From: Paenirhodobacter sp.
GTDB lineage: Bacteria; Pseudomonadota; Alphaproteobacteria; Rhodobacterales; Rhodobacteraceae
DNA: 64,000 nucleotides
Direction of reading: 5' to 3'
Assembly (NCBI GenBank): GCA_036398515.1
Contig: DASWPI010000080.1
Coordinates: 9,536-73,535, forward strand
In this document: positions 10,485 to 22,907 of the stretch, one piece after another
How positions within the stretch are numbered: the stretch's first letter is position 1
How the letters are laid out: every line of letters starts with the position of its first letter
Position numbers and translations under genes: made by a program
Notes under the pieces: model-generated
What the model saw: only the letters and a program-made list of their open reading frames with translations
The model's database searches: none
What the model was told of the DNA's origin: nothing

Positions 10485-11309
10485 TCATTTGATCCGCAGG
10501 AGCCAGTCCCGCAAGGCGGCGATGGCCGGCGCCTCATCCAGAAACGGCACATGCGCCCGGTCCGGCACCTGGGCGTAGATCATGTCGGGGCGACGGTGCA
10601 GCATTTCGGCGGCGGTCCGCGTTGACAGCAGATCCGAGTTCTCGCCCCGGATCAGGCATAGCGGCATGCCCGCGCAGGCATCGAACAGCGGCCAGGCGGT
10701 GGGGATGGTTTCGCCCTGAAACGCGTCGATGAACGGTTGACGCAGCGCCGGATCGTAATTGATCACCGGGCGATCGCCGCGCAGGGCGTAGTGATGCGCC
10801 ACCTCGGACGCCCAGCGGGACGGCGGCACATTGGCAAAGCCCGGTTTCATCTGCGGCATCCGGGCGATAAGGTCTTCCACCGTTTTCGCCGCCGGATTGC
10901 GGCCCAGATAGTCAAAGATCTTCATCAATCCGGCGTGTTCCAGCACCGGTCCGACATCATTCAGGCATAGCCCCGACAGCCGCGCCTTGGCGGTGTAGGC
11001 CAGATACATCCCGATCAGTCCGCCGCGTGATGTACCCAGAATCGCCGCGCGGTCCAGCCCCAGATGATCCAGCAGTTGCAGCGCATCCAGCCCCTCCCGC
11101 ATCACGGTATAGGTGGCGGCACCGGTGAAATCCGATGCGCCGCGGCCACGGTAATCCATGCGGATCAACCGGCATCCGGGCAGATGCGGTGCGACATAGT
11201 CAAAATCCGCCATCGTTCGGGTCAAGCCCGACAGTGCCAGAACCGGCACCCCCATGCCGTGATCCTGATAGGCGATCCGGGCGCCATCATCGGCGATGAA
11301 AAATGCCAT
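10485..11309 (-). CDS. alpha/beta fold hydrolase
   Basis: 274 aa with a nucleophile elbow GTSRGG and a C-terminal DRAHVPFLDE (His). Confidence 0.8.
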   Translation of the reverse strand: MAFFIADDGARIAYQDHGMGVPVLALSGLTRTMADFDYVAPHLPGCRLIRMDYRGRGASDFTGAATYTVMREGLDALQLLDHLGLDRAAILGTSRGGLIGMYLAYTAKARLSGLCLNDVGPVLEHAGLMKIFDYLGRNPAAKTVEDLIARMPQMKPGFANVPPSRWASEVAHHYALRGDRPVINYDPALRQPFIDAFQGETIPTAWPLFDACAGMPLCLIRGENSDLLSTRTAAEMLHRRPDMIYAQVPDRAHVPFLDEAPAIAALRDWLLRIK

Positions 11310-11499
11310 GCCGATCCCTCGCTAGTCCACTTGGTTCAACATAGGCCCAAATACCGCCTGTGCCAGCGTCGAAAAGATGTTTCTGACCGGAACCTTTTAC
11401 CGGGCGTAGCGTTAATGGCGCGTGGCTTCATGCTGCTATTGCAAAGCGCGTCCATCATCGGGGCGCCGACAGTTGGGTGGGCGACCCGGGAGGCTGGCC

Positions 11500-12375
11500 A
11501 TGGCACTGGACGGAATGAACGACGAAACCCTGCCGCGCCGGGCGATGCGCGCGGAATATCTGGATGCTGAGACCGAGGTGGCGCTGGCGCGTGCCTGGCG
11601 AGACGGGCGCGATGAACTGGCGCTGCATCGGCTGGTGACGGCCTATATGCGGCTGGCGGTGGCGATGGCGTCGAAGTTCCGCCGTTACGGCGCGCCGATG
11701 AGTGATCTGATCCAGGAAGCGTCACTGGGCCTGATGAAGGCCGCCGACAAGTTTGACCCGGAACGCGGCGTGCGGTTTTCGACCTATGCGGTGTGGTGGA
11801 TAAAGGCCTCGATCCAGGAATTCGTGATGCGCAACTGGTCGATGGTGCGCACCGGGTCGACGTCGTCGCAAAAGGCGTTGTTTTTCAATATGCGCCGGGT
11901 GCAGGCGCAGGTGGAACGCGAGGCCGAGGCCGAGGGGGTGACATTGGATTCCGCCCAGATGCGCCTGCGCGTTGCGCAGGAAATCGGTGTGCCGCTGGCT
12001 GATGTCGAGATGATGCAGGGGCGTCTGTCGGGGTCGGACCTGTCGTTGAACGCCACGCAATCGGCGGATGACGAGGGCCGCGAGTGGGTGGAAACGCTGG
12101 AGGATGATGGCGCCACGCCCGAAGAACAGGTGACCGAAAGCCATGACGGGGCGCTGATGAACAATTGGCTGTCCGAGGCGATGGGCCTGTTGTCAGTGCG
12201 CGAACGCTATATCGTCACCGAGCGGCGGTTGATTGATGATCCGCGCACGCTGGAAAGTCTGGGCACCGAACTGGGGCTGTCCAAGGAACGCATCCGTCAG
12301 CTGGAGGCGCAGGCCTTTGGCAAGCTGCGCAAGACGCTGGAAACGCATAACGCGGAAATCACCAGCCTGTTCTGA
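11500..12375 (+). CDS. rpoH: RNA polymerase sigma-32 (heat-shock sigma factor)
   Basis: Contains a sigma-70 region 2 (DLIQEASLGLMKAADKFDPERGVRFSTYAVWWIKASI) and the RpoH box QKALFFNMRR. The ATG at 11500 follows GGGAGG. Confidence 0.9.
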   Translation: MALDGMNDETLPRRAMRAEYLDAETEVALARAWRDGRDELALHRLVTAYMRLAVAMASKFRRYGAPMSDLIQEASLGLMKAADKFDPERGVRFSTYAVWWIKASIQEFVMRNWSMVRTGSTSSQKALFFNMRRVQAQVEREAEAEGVTLDSAQMRLRVAQEIGVPLADVEMMQGRLSGSDLSLNATQSADDEGREWVETLEDDGATPEEQVTESHDGALMNNWLSEAMGLLSVRERYIVTERRLIDDPRTLESLGTELGLSKERIRQLEAQAFGKLRKTLETHNAEITSLF

Positions 12376-12455
12376 GCCACGCTTGCGTGCGGGGACCGGT
12401 CCGCATAAGTCTGAACCCAGGGCCGGGCATTTGGGGCCCGGGGGCTGGGGGCGCG

Positions 12456-13655
12456 ATGCTGGCGGGGAAACGGGTTCTTCTGATCATCGGCGGCGGAATC
12501 GCGGCCTATAAATGCTGTGAGCTGATCCGGCTGTTGCGCGGACAGGGGGCCGGTGTGACCCCGGTGCTGACCCGTGCCGCCGAAGAATTCGTCACGCCGC
12601 TGACCATTTCATCCCTGGCGGGGCAGGTGGCGCATCGTGATCTGTTCGATCTGACGCATGAGGCCGAGATCGGCCATATCCAACTGTCGCGTGCCGCCGA
12701 TCTGGTGGTGGTGGCACCGGCGACGGCCGATCTGATGGCGAAGATGGCGGGCGGGCTGGCGAATGACCTGGCCTCGACGCTGTTGCTGGCGACGGACAAA
12801 CGGGTGCTGATCGCGCCGGCGATGAATGTGCGGATGTGGGATCATCCCGCGACGCAACGCAATATCGCCACGTTGCGCGGCGATGGCGTGCTGTTTGCCG
12901 GGCCGAATGTGGGCGACATGGCCTGTGGCGAACACGGGCCGGGGCGGATGGCGGAACCCGTTGAAATTCTGGCGGCGATCCGTGACGCGTTGGGTGATGG
13001 GCCATTGACCGGGCGGCATGTCCTGGTGACCTCGGGGCCGACGCATGAACCCATTGATCCGGTGCGTTATATCGCAAACCGGTCCTCGGGCGCGCAGGGC
13101 ACGGCGATTGCCGCCGAGCTGCGCGATCTGGGGGCGCGGGTGACGTTCATCACCGGTCCGGCCCAGGTGCCGCCGCCGTCCGGCGTAAGCGTGGTGCGGG
13201 TGGAAACCGCGCGTGATATGCAGGCCGCCGTTCAGGCCGCCCTGCCGGTCGAGGTCGCGATTTTTGCCGCCGCCGTCGCGGATTGGCGGGTGGCGCATAC
13301 CGCCGAGCAGAAGATGAAAAAGGATGGTTCCGGGCAACCGCCGGTGCTGGACTTTGTCGAGAACCCCGACATTCTGGCGCAGATATCGCATATGGGTGTG
13401 GGGCGGCCCCGATTGGTGGTGGGATTTGCCGCTGAAACCACGGATATCGCCCGCCATGCCACGGAAAAGCGCGCCCGCAAGGGCTGTGACTGGATCGTCG
13501 CCAATGATGTCAGCCCGGCGACGGGGATCATGGGGGGCAGTGAAAACGCAGTAACCGTGATTGATGCCGATGGCGTCGAGCAATGGGACCGCATGACAAA
13601 AACCGACGTGGCGCGGCGGCTGGCAGCCCGCATCGTCACCGCATTGAAAGGGTAG
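12456..13655 (+). CDS. coaBC: bifunctional phosphopantothenoylcysteine decarboxylase / phosphopantothenate-cysteine ligase
   Basis: 399 aa. The flavoprotein N-terminal domain reads [16 protein letters not shown] and PAMNVRMW. The C-terminal domain reads [24 protein letters not shown]. Confidence 0.95.
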   Translation: MLAGKRVLLIIGGGIAAYKCCELIRLLRGQGAGVTPVLTRAAEEFVTPLTISSLAGQVAHRDLFDLTHEAEIGHIQLSRAADLVVVAPATADLMAKMAGGLANDLASTLLLATDKRVLIAPAMNVRMWDHPATQRNIATLRGDGVLFAGPNVGDMACGEHGPGRMAEPVEILAAIRDALGDGPLTGRHVLVTSGPTHEPIDPVRYIANRSSGAQGTAIAAELRDLGARVTFITGPAQVPPPSGVSVVRVETARDMQAAVQAALPVEVAIFAAAVADWRVAHTAEQKMKKDGSGQPPVLDFVENPDILAQISHMGVGRPRLVVGFAAETTDIARHATEKRARKGCDWIVANDVSPATGIMGGSENAVTVIDADGVEQWDRMTKTDVARRLAARIVTALKG

Positions 13656-13662
13656 GGCCATA

Positions 13663-14133
13663 ATGCGACCAATCGTTCGCGTCTTGCATGAGGATTGGGC
13701 GGATACGGCGGTGGCGCTGCCGCGCTATGAGACGCCGGGATCGGCCGGGGCCGATATCCGTGCCAATCTGTCGCCCGAGGACCGGGCGCAGGGCTTTACC
13801 CTGTATCCGATGCAGCGCGCCATTGTGCCCACGGGCTTGCGGGTGGAAATCCCCGAGGGCTTTGAAATGCAGATCCGGCCGCGCTCGGGGTTGGCACTGA
13901 AACACGGGATCAGCCTGCCGAATACGCCCGGCACGATCGACAGCGATTATCGCGGCCCGCTGGGGGTGTTGCTGATCAATTTCGGGCGGGAACCCTTTGT
14001 GATCCAGCACGGCGACCGTATCGCGCAGGCGGTGATCGCCCCGGTGGTGCAGGCGCTGTATGAAATCACCGACGACGCCCTGTCGCAGACCGAGCGTGGC
14101 GAGGGCGGGTTCGGATCGACCGGCAAACAGTGA
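13663..14133 (+). CDS. dut: dUTP diphosphatase
   Basis: Contains [30 protein letters not shown] and [11 protein letters not shown]. Confidence 0.95.
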   Translation: MRPIVRVLHEDWADTAVALPRYETPGSAGADIRANLSPEDRAQGFTLYPMQRAIVPTGLRVEIPEGFEMQIRPRSGLALKHGISLPNTPGTIDSDYRGPLGVLLINFGREPFVIQHGDRIAQAVIAPVVQALYEITDDALSQTERGEGGFGSTGKQ

Positions 14134-14891
14134 TGTCGACCCCCTTCGCGCCCGATGAGCTGGACCGCTATGCCCGCCACATCCTGTTGCGCGAGGTTGG
14201 CGGCACCGGTCAGCGGCGGTTGCGCGACGCCCATGTGCTGGTGGTGGGGGCGGGCGGGCTGGGCGTGCCGATCTTGCTGTATCTGGCGGCGGCGGGCGTG
14301 GGGCATATCACCGTGGTCGATGATGACCGTGTGGCGGTGTCGAACCTGCAACGTCAGGTGATCTTCCGCAGCGAGGATATCGGCGTCCCCAAGGTTCTGG
14401 CGGCACAGGCGGCCCTGCACGGGCTGAACCCGCATGTCACGGTGACCCCGGTTCAGGCGCGGCTGGACGCCGGGGGCGCGGCGCAGATGGTGCCGGGGCA
14501 TGATCTTGTGCTGGATGGGACCGATAACTTTGACACAAGGCATCTGGTGAATCGGGCCTGCGTCGCGGCCGGGGTGCCGCTGATCTCGGGGGCTATCACG
14601 CAATGGGAAGGACAGTTGGGCCTGTTCGATCCGGCCCGTGGCGCGCCCTGTCTGGCCTGTGTGTTTCCGGTGATCCCGGCGGCGGATCTGGTGCCCAGCT
14701 GTGCCGAGGCCGGGGTGATGGGCGCATTGCCGGGCATCATCGGTGCGATGATGGCGGCCGAGGCGATCAAGGAATTGACCGGGGCCGGGGCGACGTTGCG
14801 CGGGCGACTGATCTTGCATGACGCCCTATGGGGTGAAAGCCGCGATATCCGGGTGCGGCGCGATCCGGCCTGTGCGGTCTGCGGTCAATAG
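14133..14891 (+). CDS. moeB: ThiF/MoeB/HesA family adenylyltransferase (molybdopterin-synthase adenylyltransferase-like)
   Basis: Contains RYARHILLREVGGTGQRRL and VVGAGGLGVPILLYLAAAGVG (Rossmann fold), plus a CxxC pair (PACAVCG). The start overlaps the dut stop. Confidence 0.8.
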   Translation: MSTPFAPDELDRYARHILLREVGGTGQRRLRDAHVLVVGAGGLGVPILLYLAAAGVGHITVVDDDRVAVSNLQRQVIFRSEDIGVPKVLAAQAALHGLNPHVTVTPVQARLDAGGAAQMVPGHDLVLDGTDNFDTRHLVNRACVAAGVPLISGAITQWEGQLGLFDPARGAPCLACVFPVIPAADLVPSCAEAGVMGALPGIIGAMMAAEAIKELTGAGATLRGRLILHDALWGESRDIRVRRDPACAVCGQ

Positions 14892-14919
14892 CGCCGACCC
14901 ACGTATGAACAACGCAAAA

Positions 14920-14943
14920 GGCCGTGCCCCGAAGGGCACGGCC
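14920..14943 (-). terminator. Rho-independent terminator of groEL
   Basis: GCCGTGCCC-CGAA-GGGCACGGC. On the minus strand it is followed by CTTTTGCG. Confidence 0.6.
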
Positions 14944-14992
14944 TGAATGCAGTGCGCATCAGCGGGGCGCGTGGCCCCGCCTTGGCGGATGA

Positions 14993-16645
<1,653 letters not shown>

Positions 16646-16685
16646 TTAAAAGTATTGAGAAATCAAAAGGATCGCTGATCAGTGA

Positions 16686-16973
16686 TCAGGCGATGATCCC
16701 CATGATGTCGGATTCTTTCATGATCAGCAGCTCTTCGCCGTTCAGCGTCACTTCCGTGCCCGACCATTTGCCGAACAGGATGCGGTCGCCAACCTTGACC
16801 GAGGGGGCGATCAGTTCGCCCGAATCCTTGCGCGCGCCTTCGCCGACCGCAACGATTTCGCCTTCAGCGGGCTTTTCCTTGGCCGAATCGGGAATGATCA
16901 GACCACCCTTGGTCTTTTCGTCGCCTTGCACGCGCTTGACCAGCACGCGGTCATGAAGCGGTTTAAATGCCAT
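16686..16973 (-). CDS. groS: co-chaperonin GroES
   Basis: 95 aa starting [15 protein letters not shown]... and ending ...ESDIMGIIA. Confidence 0.98.
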   Translation of the reverse strand: MAFKPLHDRVLVKRVQGDEKTKGGLIIPDSAKEKPAEGEIVAVGEGARKDSGELIAPSVKVGDRILFGKWSGTEVTLNGEELLIMKESDIMGIIA

Positions 16974-17010
16974 CTGGAGATACTCCCTAAGGTTCCAGGT
17001 TCGAAAGGTT

Positions 17011-17037
17011 TTAGCACTCACATCATACGAGTGCTAA
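17011..17037. promoter_or_regulatory. CIRCE operator (HrcA binding site) of groES-groEL
   Basis: TTAGCACTC-N9-GAGTGCTAA, a perfect match to the CIRCE consensus, 38 nt upstream of the groES ATG. Confidence 0.9.
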
Positions 17038-17046
17038 CGGTGCCGG

Positions 17047-17075
17047 AGTTAGTCACGCCCCCTAGGGCCTGTCAA
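17047..17075 (-). promoter_or_regulatory. candidate sigma-70-type promoter of groESL
   Basis: On the minus strand, TTGACA-N17-CTAACT lies immediately upstream of CIRCE. This is a pattern match only. Confidence 0.35.
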
Positions 17076-17134
17076 TACCGCAATGTCGAAATTTTGGTGA
17101 CAACCGCAAGACCGGCGGGTCGCGACCGGGATCA

Positions 17135-17162
17135 TGAAAAAACCGGCGCCTTGACGCCGGTT
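17135..17162 (-). terminator. Rho-independent terminator of the DEAD-box helicase gene
   Basis: On the minus strand, AACCGGCG-TCAAGG-CGCCGGTT is followed by TTTTTC, just after the stop at 17168. Confidence 0.65.
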
Positions 17163-17167
17163 CATGA

Positions 17168-18766
17168 TCAGGTTTCCGAGGTTTCTTCCAGCTCTTCCGG
17201 CGTATCCTGAACCGCTTTTGACGGTCGGAATGATCGCATCAGAAAGTCGGGGACATGATCGCCCATGCCGATCACTGCCGGGCCGTCATCGCGGTCACGC
17301 CCACGGTGGCGATCACGCCGTTCATCACGCCTGTCATCGCGGCGAGTATCTTCACGGCGGGCGTCATCGCGGCGGGGTTCCTCGTGCCGTGCGTCGTCGC
17401 GCTTGCGTGGCGGTTCGGGCAGGGAAATCGGGGCTTCGATGATGGCGGTCTCGGGGGCCGCAGGGGTGATCACGGCCGAGGGGGACGGTGCCGGACGAGG
17501 GCGCTCCTCACGGTCCCGATCACGGCCGCGGCTGCGATCACGGGTGCGTCCGCTGCGGCGGCCATCCTTTTCTTCGGGCTTGGCCGGTTCGCTATGGGCG
17601 GCGTCGGAGACGGTGAATCCCTCGGGCAGGGCGACGCGCGGCAGTTCGATCTTCACCAGGCTTTCGATCTGGCTCAGGTATTTGTCATCCGATGGCGTGG
17701 CGATGGAATAGGCCGTGCCCTTGCGCCCGGCGCGCCCGGTGCGCCCGATGCGGTGGACGTAATCCTCGGCATGGGAGGGCAGGTCGTAGTTGAACACATG
17801 GCTGACCGCCGGAATATCCAGCCCGCGGGCCGCCACATCCGAGGCAATCAACAGTTGCAAGCTGCCATCGCGGAACGCGTCCAGTGTCCGCATCCGCTGC
17901 GATTGTTCCAGATCGCCGTGGATCGGCGCGGCGTCGAAGCCATGCGCCTTCAGCGACTTCGCCACGATATCCACATCAATCTTGCGGTTGCAGAAAATGA
18001 TGGCGTTGGTGCAGGCGGCACCCTCGGCGGTGATCAGCGCGCGCAGCAGCTCACGCTTGACCTTGGCGGCCTGATCGCGACGGGGGGGCGTGACCAGCAC
18101 CAGCTTTTGACTGATGGTGTCCGAGGTGGTCGCCTGACGGGCCACCTCAATCCGCGCGGGGGCGTGCAGGAAGGTGTTGGTGATCCGTTCGATTTCCGGC
18201 GCCATCGTCGCGCTGAAAAACAGCGTCTGGCGGGTGAACGGCGTTAGTTGGAAGATCCGCTCGATATCCGGGATGAACCCCATGTCCAGCATCCGGTCGG
18301 CCTCATCGACCACCATGATCTGCACGCCGGTCATCAACAGCTTGCCGCGCTCGAAATGGTCCAGCAACCGGCCCGGCGTCGCAATCAGCACGTCGACGCC
18401 ACGGTCGATCAGCTTTTCCTGCTCGCCAAAGGAGACGCCGCCGATCAGTAGCGCCTTGGTCAGCTTGGTGTGTTTGGCATAAACGTCGAAGTTCTCGGCA
18501 ACCTGCGCCGCCAGTTCCCGCGTCGGCGCCAGCACCAGCGAACGCGGCATCCGCGCCCGGGCCCGGCCATTGGCCAGGCGGGTGATCATCGGCAGGGTGA
18601 AGGAGGCGGTCTTGCCGGTCCCGGTCTGGGCGATCCCCAGAACGTCGCGGCCTTCCAGAGCTGGGGGGATGGCGCCGGCCTGGATCGGGGTAGGCGTTTC
18701 ATAGCCCGCCTCTTCGATGGCCTTCATTACATCCTTGTCCAGATTCAGGTCGGAAAATTTGGTCAT
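17168..18766 (-). CDS. rhlE: DEAD-box ATP-dependent RNA helicase (RhlE-like)
   Basis: Contains the Q motif GYETPTPIQ, AQTGTGKT, DEAD (VVDEADRM), SAT and HRIGRTGRAG. The C-terminal tail of about 170 aa is Arg/Asp/Glu-rich and low-complexity. Confidence 0.9.
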   Translation of the reverse strand: MTKFSDLNLDKDVMKAIEEAGYETPTPIQAGAIPPALEGRDVLGIAQTGTGKTASFTLPMITRLANGRARARMPRSLVLAPTRELAAQVAENFDVYAKHTKLTKALLIGGVSFGEQEKLIDRGVDVLIATPGRLLDHFERGKLLMTGVQIMVVDEADRMLDMGFIPDIERIFQLTPFTRQTLFFSATMAPEIERITNTFLHAPARIEVARQATTSDTISQKLVLVTPPRRDQAAKVKRELLRALITAEGAACTNAIIFCNRKIDVDIVAKSLKAHGFDAAPIHGDLEQSQRMRTLDAFRDGSLQLLIASDVAARGLDIPAVSHVFNYDLPSHAEDYVHRIGRTGRAGRKGTAYSIATPSDDKYLSQIESLVKIELPRVALPEGFTVSDAAHSEPAKPEEKDGRRSGRTRDRSRGRDRDREERPRPAPSPSAVITPAAPETAIIEAPISLPEPPRKRDDARHEEPRRDDARREDTRRDDRRDERRDRHRGRDRDDGPAVIGMGDHVPDFLMRSFRPSKAVQDTPEELEETSET

Positions 18767-19002
18767 GTGCGTCCTTGAAGGCGTGGAACGGTTCCACGCA
18801 TGAGGGGGGACGCAAAATCTCCGGGCGTCCCGGGCGATGTGCCGCCGGGGTGCGGCGCGCGTCTAATAACGCAAAAACGCGTCTGCGTCAATGAAATGCC
18901 CGAAAATCGCCCTGTAAGCCGATGCGGGGGCCAACGGGCCGGGCGCAGAGTTGACGCCGCGCGCGGGCTCTGGCAGGGGAAGGGCAACAGAGGAAGCCGA
19001 AA

Positions 19003-20745
19003 ATGAACCTGTTTGCCGATATGCGGGGGGCGGTGATCACCGCCCTGGATCAGATGGTGGCCGGGGGCGTGCTGCCCGCCGGGCTGGATTATGCCAATGT
19101 GACGGTCGAGCCGCCGCGCGATGCACTGCATGGCGACATGGCGACGAATGCGGCGATGGTGCTGGCGAAACCGGCCGGGCTGAAGCCGCGCGAAATCGCC
19201 GATGCGCTGGCCGCCACGCTGGCCGCCGATCCGCGCATCACCCTGGCCGAAGTGGCGGGGCCGGGGTTCCTGAACCTGCGCCTGAACCCGGCGGTCTGGG
19301 CCGATGTGACCCGTGCCGCACTGGTGGCCGGGGATGGTTACGGGCGATCCGACCTTGGGCGGGGGCTGAAGGTCAACGTGGAATTCGTCTCGGCCAATCC
19401 GACCGGGCCGATGCATGTGGGGCATACCCGTGGCGCGGTTTTCGGTGATGCGCTGGCCAGCCTGCTGGATTTCACCGGTTACGATGTGACGCGCGAATAT
19501 TACATCAACGATGGCGGCGCGCAGGTGAATGTGCTGGCGCGCTCGGCCTATGAGCGCTACCGCGAGGCGAATGGTCTGGAACCCGAGATCCGCGAAGGTC
19601 TGTATCCGGGTGATTACCTGATCCCGGTGGGCGAGGCGCTGAAGGCCAAATACGGCGACAGCCTGCTGAACCGGCCCGAATCCGATTGGCTGGACGATCT
19701 GCGCGAATTTTCCACCACCGCGATGCTGGGGATGATCCGGGAGGATCTGGCCCTGCTGAACGTGCGGATGGATGTCTATTATTCGGAAAAATCGCTGTAT
19801 GGTACTGGCCAGATCGAATCCGCGCTGGCGCGGCTGAAATCGCTGGGGCTGATCTATGAAGGCGTGCTGGAGCCGCCCAAGGGCAAGCTGCCCGAAGACT
19901 GGGAAGAGCGCCAGCAGACGTTGTTCCGCTCTACCGCCTATGGCGATGACGTGGATCGCCCGGTACAGAAATCGGATGGGGGCTGGACCTATTTCGCCCC
20001 CGATATCGCCTATCACTGGACCAAGATCGAACGTGGCTTCGATCTGTTGATCGACGTTTTCGGCGCCGATCACGGCGGCTATGTCAAGCGGATGAAGGCG
20101 GCCGTGGCGGCCTTGTCGGAAAACCGGGTGCCGTTGGATATCAAGCTGATCCAGCTGGTGAAGCTGTTCAAGAACGGCGAGCCGTTCAAGATGTCGAAGC
20201 GTGCAGGAACCTTTGTCACGCTGCGCGATGTGGTGGAACAGGCGGGGGCCGATGTGACCCGGTTCCACATGCTGACGCGCAAGAACGACGCGGCGCTGGA
20301 TTTCGATTTCGACAAGGTGCTGGAGCAGTCCAAGGACAATCCGGTGTTTTACGTGCAATACGCCCATGCGCGGGTGTATTCGGTGCTGCGCAAGGCGGCC
20401 GAGGCCGGGGTCGATGTGACGCCCGCCGCATTGGCGCGGGCCGATCTGTCGCGCAATGGCCATGAGGCCGAATTGACCCTGGCCAAAAAGATCGCCGAAT
20501 GGCCGCGTCTGGTGGAAATCGCCGCGCGCGCGAATGAGCCGCACCGGGTTGCCTTCTTCCTGTATGAGATCGCGTCCGATCTGCATTCGCTGTGGAATCG
20601 CGGCAATGATGAGCCGGGCCTGCGCTTCGTGCAGGACGATTCCGACATCACGGCGGCGAAAATCGCCCTGGCCCGGGCCTGTGCAGTTGTCATTTCGGCC
20701 GGCCTTGGTATTCTTGGCGTCAAACCGGCGGAAGAGATGCGCTGA
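19003..20745 (+). CDS. argS: arginine--tRNA ligase
   Basis: 580 aa with [17 protein letters not shown] (HIGH-type) and [11 protein letters not shown] (KMSK-type). Confidence 0.97.
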   Translation: MNLFADMRGAVITALDQMVAGGVLPAGLDYANVTVEPPRDALHGDMATNAAMVLAKPAGLKPREIADALAATLAADPRITLAEVAGPGFLNLRLNPAVWADVTRAALVAGDGYGRSDLGRGLKVNVEFVSANPTGPMHVGHTRGAVFGDALASLLDFTGYDVTREYYINDGGAQVNVLARSAYERYREANGLEPEIREGLYPGDYLIPVGEALKAKYGDSLLNRPESDWLDDLREFSTTAMLGMIREDLALLNVRMDVYYSEKSLYGTGQIESALARLKSLGLIYEGVLEPPKGKLPEDWEERQQTLFRSTAYGDDVDRPVQKSDGGWTYFAPDIAYHWTKIERGFDLLIDVFGADHGGYVKRMKAAVAALSENRVPLDIKLIQLVKLFKNGEPFKMSKRAGTFVTLRDVVEQAGADVTRFHMLTRKNDAALDFDFDKVLEQSKDNPVFYVQYAHARVYSVLRKAAEAGVDVTPAALARADLSRNGHEAELTLAKKIAEWPRLVEIAARANEPHRVAFFLYEIASDLHSLWNRGNDEPGLRFVQDDSDITAAKIALARACAVVISAGLGILGVKPAEEMR

Positions 20746-20801
20746 AGCGCACCATCGCCGGGGTCCGAGGCAGAGACCGGAAAACCGGCGATGAGGCGAG
20801 C

Positions 20802-21890
20802 ATGGCCAGCTATCACGGTCGCGATGGCGACGGGTATGACGACGACACTGACGGTCTGATGACCGCTGTGCCCGATCCGGTTCAACGGCCCGGTCTGGTG
20901 GAACCTGTGTCCCGCTGGGTGCAGCTGGCGGGGGCGGCGACATCCGTGCTGTTGATCCTGGGGGTCGTGATCTGGGGCTACAAGCTGGCGGTGCGGGATG
21001 TGTCCGGCGTGCCGGTGATCCGTGCGCTGGAGGGGCCGTCGCGCATTGCGCCCGATGATCCGGGGGGCGATCTGGCCCGCCACGTCGGTCTGTCGGTCAA
21101 TGAGGTCGCGGGCAAGGGGCTGGCGGCCCCAGGACCCGAACGCGTCGTGCTGGCGCCTTCTCCTGGCAATCTGGCCAATGACGACGCGCCGATGGCGGGG
21201 GTTCGGTCCCTGGTCAAGGTCGAACGCATCGAACCCGATCCGCTGCCCGAGGCTGAACCGGCGACCGCGCCGGTATCGCAGGTGCCGCAGGGCACCGCGC
21301 TGGCCGTTCAGGACGAGGTCGTGCCTATCGACGGTCCCGAGGTGATGGAGGGCACATCGGCCGCGCAGATCCGTTCCGCCGCGGCCGAGGCGGCGCGGGT
21401 GCGCCCTGTGCCGCGCACGGTGCCGGTGATCCCGGAAAATCTGGCGGCGCGGTCCACCACCACCACGCAGGCGGTGGCCGATGCCCTGCCCGGGGTCAAG
21501 ACATCGCCGCGTCCGGCCGGGCGGCCCTCGACGATCCGCCCCACGGCGCGGACGGATAGCGCCAAGCCGGATACGGCCACTGCAGTCAACCCGGCGCCGG
21601 TGGCCAAGGCCGATGAAATCGACCCGCTCAGCTTGCCTGCCGATGCCCGCGTGGCGCAGATCGGCGCCTTTGACACCGTTGAGATCGCCCGGGCCGAATG
21701 GAACCGTGTTGCCGCCCGCACCGGGGCGGCGATGGCGGGGAAAAGCCGCATCATTCAGGAGGCGCAGGCGAACGGGCGCACCTTCTATCGTTTGCGTGTC
21801 GCGGGCTTCGACGGGGTCGAGGCCTCGCGCAAGTTCTGTGATACGCTGAAGGCGCAGGGCGTGAACTGCATCGCCACGGTCGCGCGCTAG
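20802..21890 (+). CDS. SPOR domain-containing membrane protein
   Basis: It has one transmembrane segment (LAGAATSVLLILGVVIWGY), a Pro/Ala-rich linker, and a C-terminal SPOR-like fold (VAQIGAFDTVEIARAEWNRV...FYRLRVAGF). The argS-SPOR-nagZ-scpAB order is conserved in alphaproteobacteria. Confidence 0.8.
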   Translation: MASYHGRDGDGYDDDTDGLMTAVPDPVQRPGLVEPVSRWVQLAGAATSVLLILGVVIWGYKLAVRDVSGVPVIRALEGPSRIAPDDPGGDLARHVGLSVNEVAGKGLAAPGPERVVLAPSPGNLANDDAPMAGVRSLVKVERIEPDPLPEAEPATAPVSQVPQGTALAVQDEVVPIDGPEVMEGTSAAQIRSAAAEAARVRPVPRTVPVIPENLAARSTTTTQAVADALPGVKTSPRPAGRPSTIRPTARTDSAKPDTATAVNPAPVAKADEIDPLSLPADARVAQIGAFDTVEIARAEWNRVAARTGAAMAGKSRIIQEAQANGRTFYRLRVAGFDGVEASRKFCDTLKAQGVNCIATVAR

Positions 21891-21893
21891 GAT

Positions 21894-22907
21894 ATGTCCG
21901 ATATGACCACGCAAATCGGGGCGACGATCCTGGGCTGTTCCGGATTGACGCTGGGCGCGGATGAGCGGGCGTTTTTCCGCGATGCCAACCCTTGGGGCTT
22001 CATCCTGTTTGGCCGCAATGTGGACAACCCGGATCAGTTGCGCCGTCTGACCGATGATCTGCGCGGGGCGGTCGGGCGTGATGCGGTGGTGTTCATCGAC
22101 CAGGAAGGCGGGCGGGTGCAGCGCCTGCGTGCCCCTTATTGGCGCGAATGGCTGCCGCCGCTGGAGCAGGCGTCTCGACCCGATCCGGAGCGCAGCTTTT
22201 GGCTGCGGGCGCGGATTCAGGCGGCCGAATTGCGGGCGGTGGGCATTGACGGAAATTGTGCGCCGACCTGTGATATTGCCGGGCCGCAGACCCATCCTTT
22301 TTTGCGCAACCGTTGTTTCGGCACGGATGCGGCCACCGTCACGCGCAACGCAGGGGCGACGGCGCGCGGGTTGCTGGCGGGGGGGGTCTTGCCGGTGATG
22401 AAGCACATGCCCGGCCACGGGCGTGCCACCGCCGACAGCCACAAGGACCTGCCCAGTGTCACCGCCACGCAGGCCGACCTGTGCGAGCAGGATTTCGCCC
22501 CCTTCCGGGCGCTGGCCGATCTGCCGCTGGGGATGACGGCGCATATCCGGTTCACCGCGCTGGACCCGGCACCGGCCACGCAATCGGCGCGGATGATCGG
22601 GTTGATCCGAGATCAGATCGGCTTTGACGGGCTGTTGATGACCGATGATGTGGCGATGCAGGCGCTGTCGGGCACGATGGGCGCACGCGCGGCGGCCTCT
22701 ATCGCGGCGGGGTGTGATGTGGTGTTGCACTGTAATGGCGAGCGGGCCGAGATGGCACAGGTTGTCGCCTCTGCCGGGGGCTTGACGCCGGGGGCCGCGC
22801 GCCGGGCCGATGCGGCCCTGGCGGCGCGGATCGGGCCGGAAAAGATTGACATCGACGCCCTGGATGCCGAACTAAAGGCGATCTTGGGCGAAACATTGCA
22901 TGGTTGA
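21894..22907 (+). CDS. nagZ: beta-N-acetylhexosaminidase (GH3, peptidoglycan recycling)
   Basis: Contains FIDQEGGRVQRL, KHMPGHGRATADSHKDLP and LLMTDDVAM. Confidence 0.9.
   Translation: MSDMTTQIGATILGCSGLTLGADERAFFRDANPWGFILFGRNVDNPDQLRRLTDDLRGAVGRDAVVFIDQEGGRVQRLRAPYWREWLPPLEQASRPDPERSFWLRARIQAAELRAVGIDGNCAPTCDIAGPQTHPFLRNRCFGTDAATVTRNAGATARGLLAGGVLPVMKHMPGHGRATADSHKDLPSVTATQADLCEQDFAPFRALADLPLGMTAHIRFTALDPAPATQSARMIGLIRDQIGFDGLLMTDDVAMQALSGTMGARAAASIAAGCDVVLHCNGERAEMAQVVASAGGLTPGAARRADAALAARIGPEKIDIDALDAELKAILGETLHG

Noticed and set aside
18763-22730. Two very long minus-strand ORFs (726 aa and 793 aa) across argS, the SPOR gene and nagZ
   Set aside because: Both are antisense to confidently identified genes. 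Their composition is R/P/G/Q/H-biased with no recognisable domains, typical of GC-rich frames that lack stop codons.
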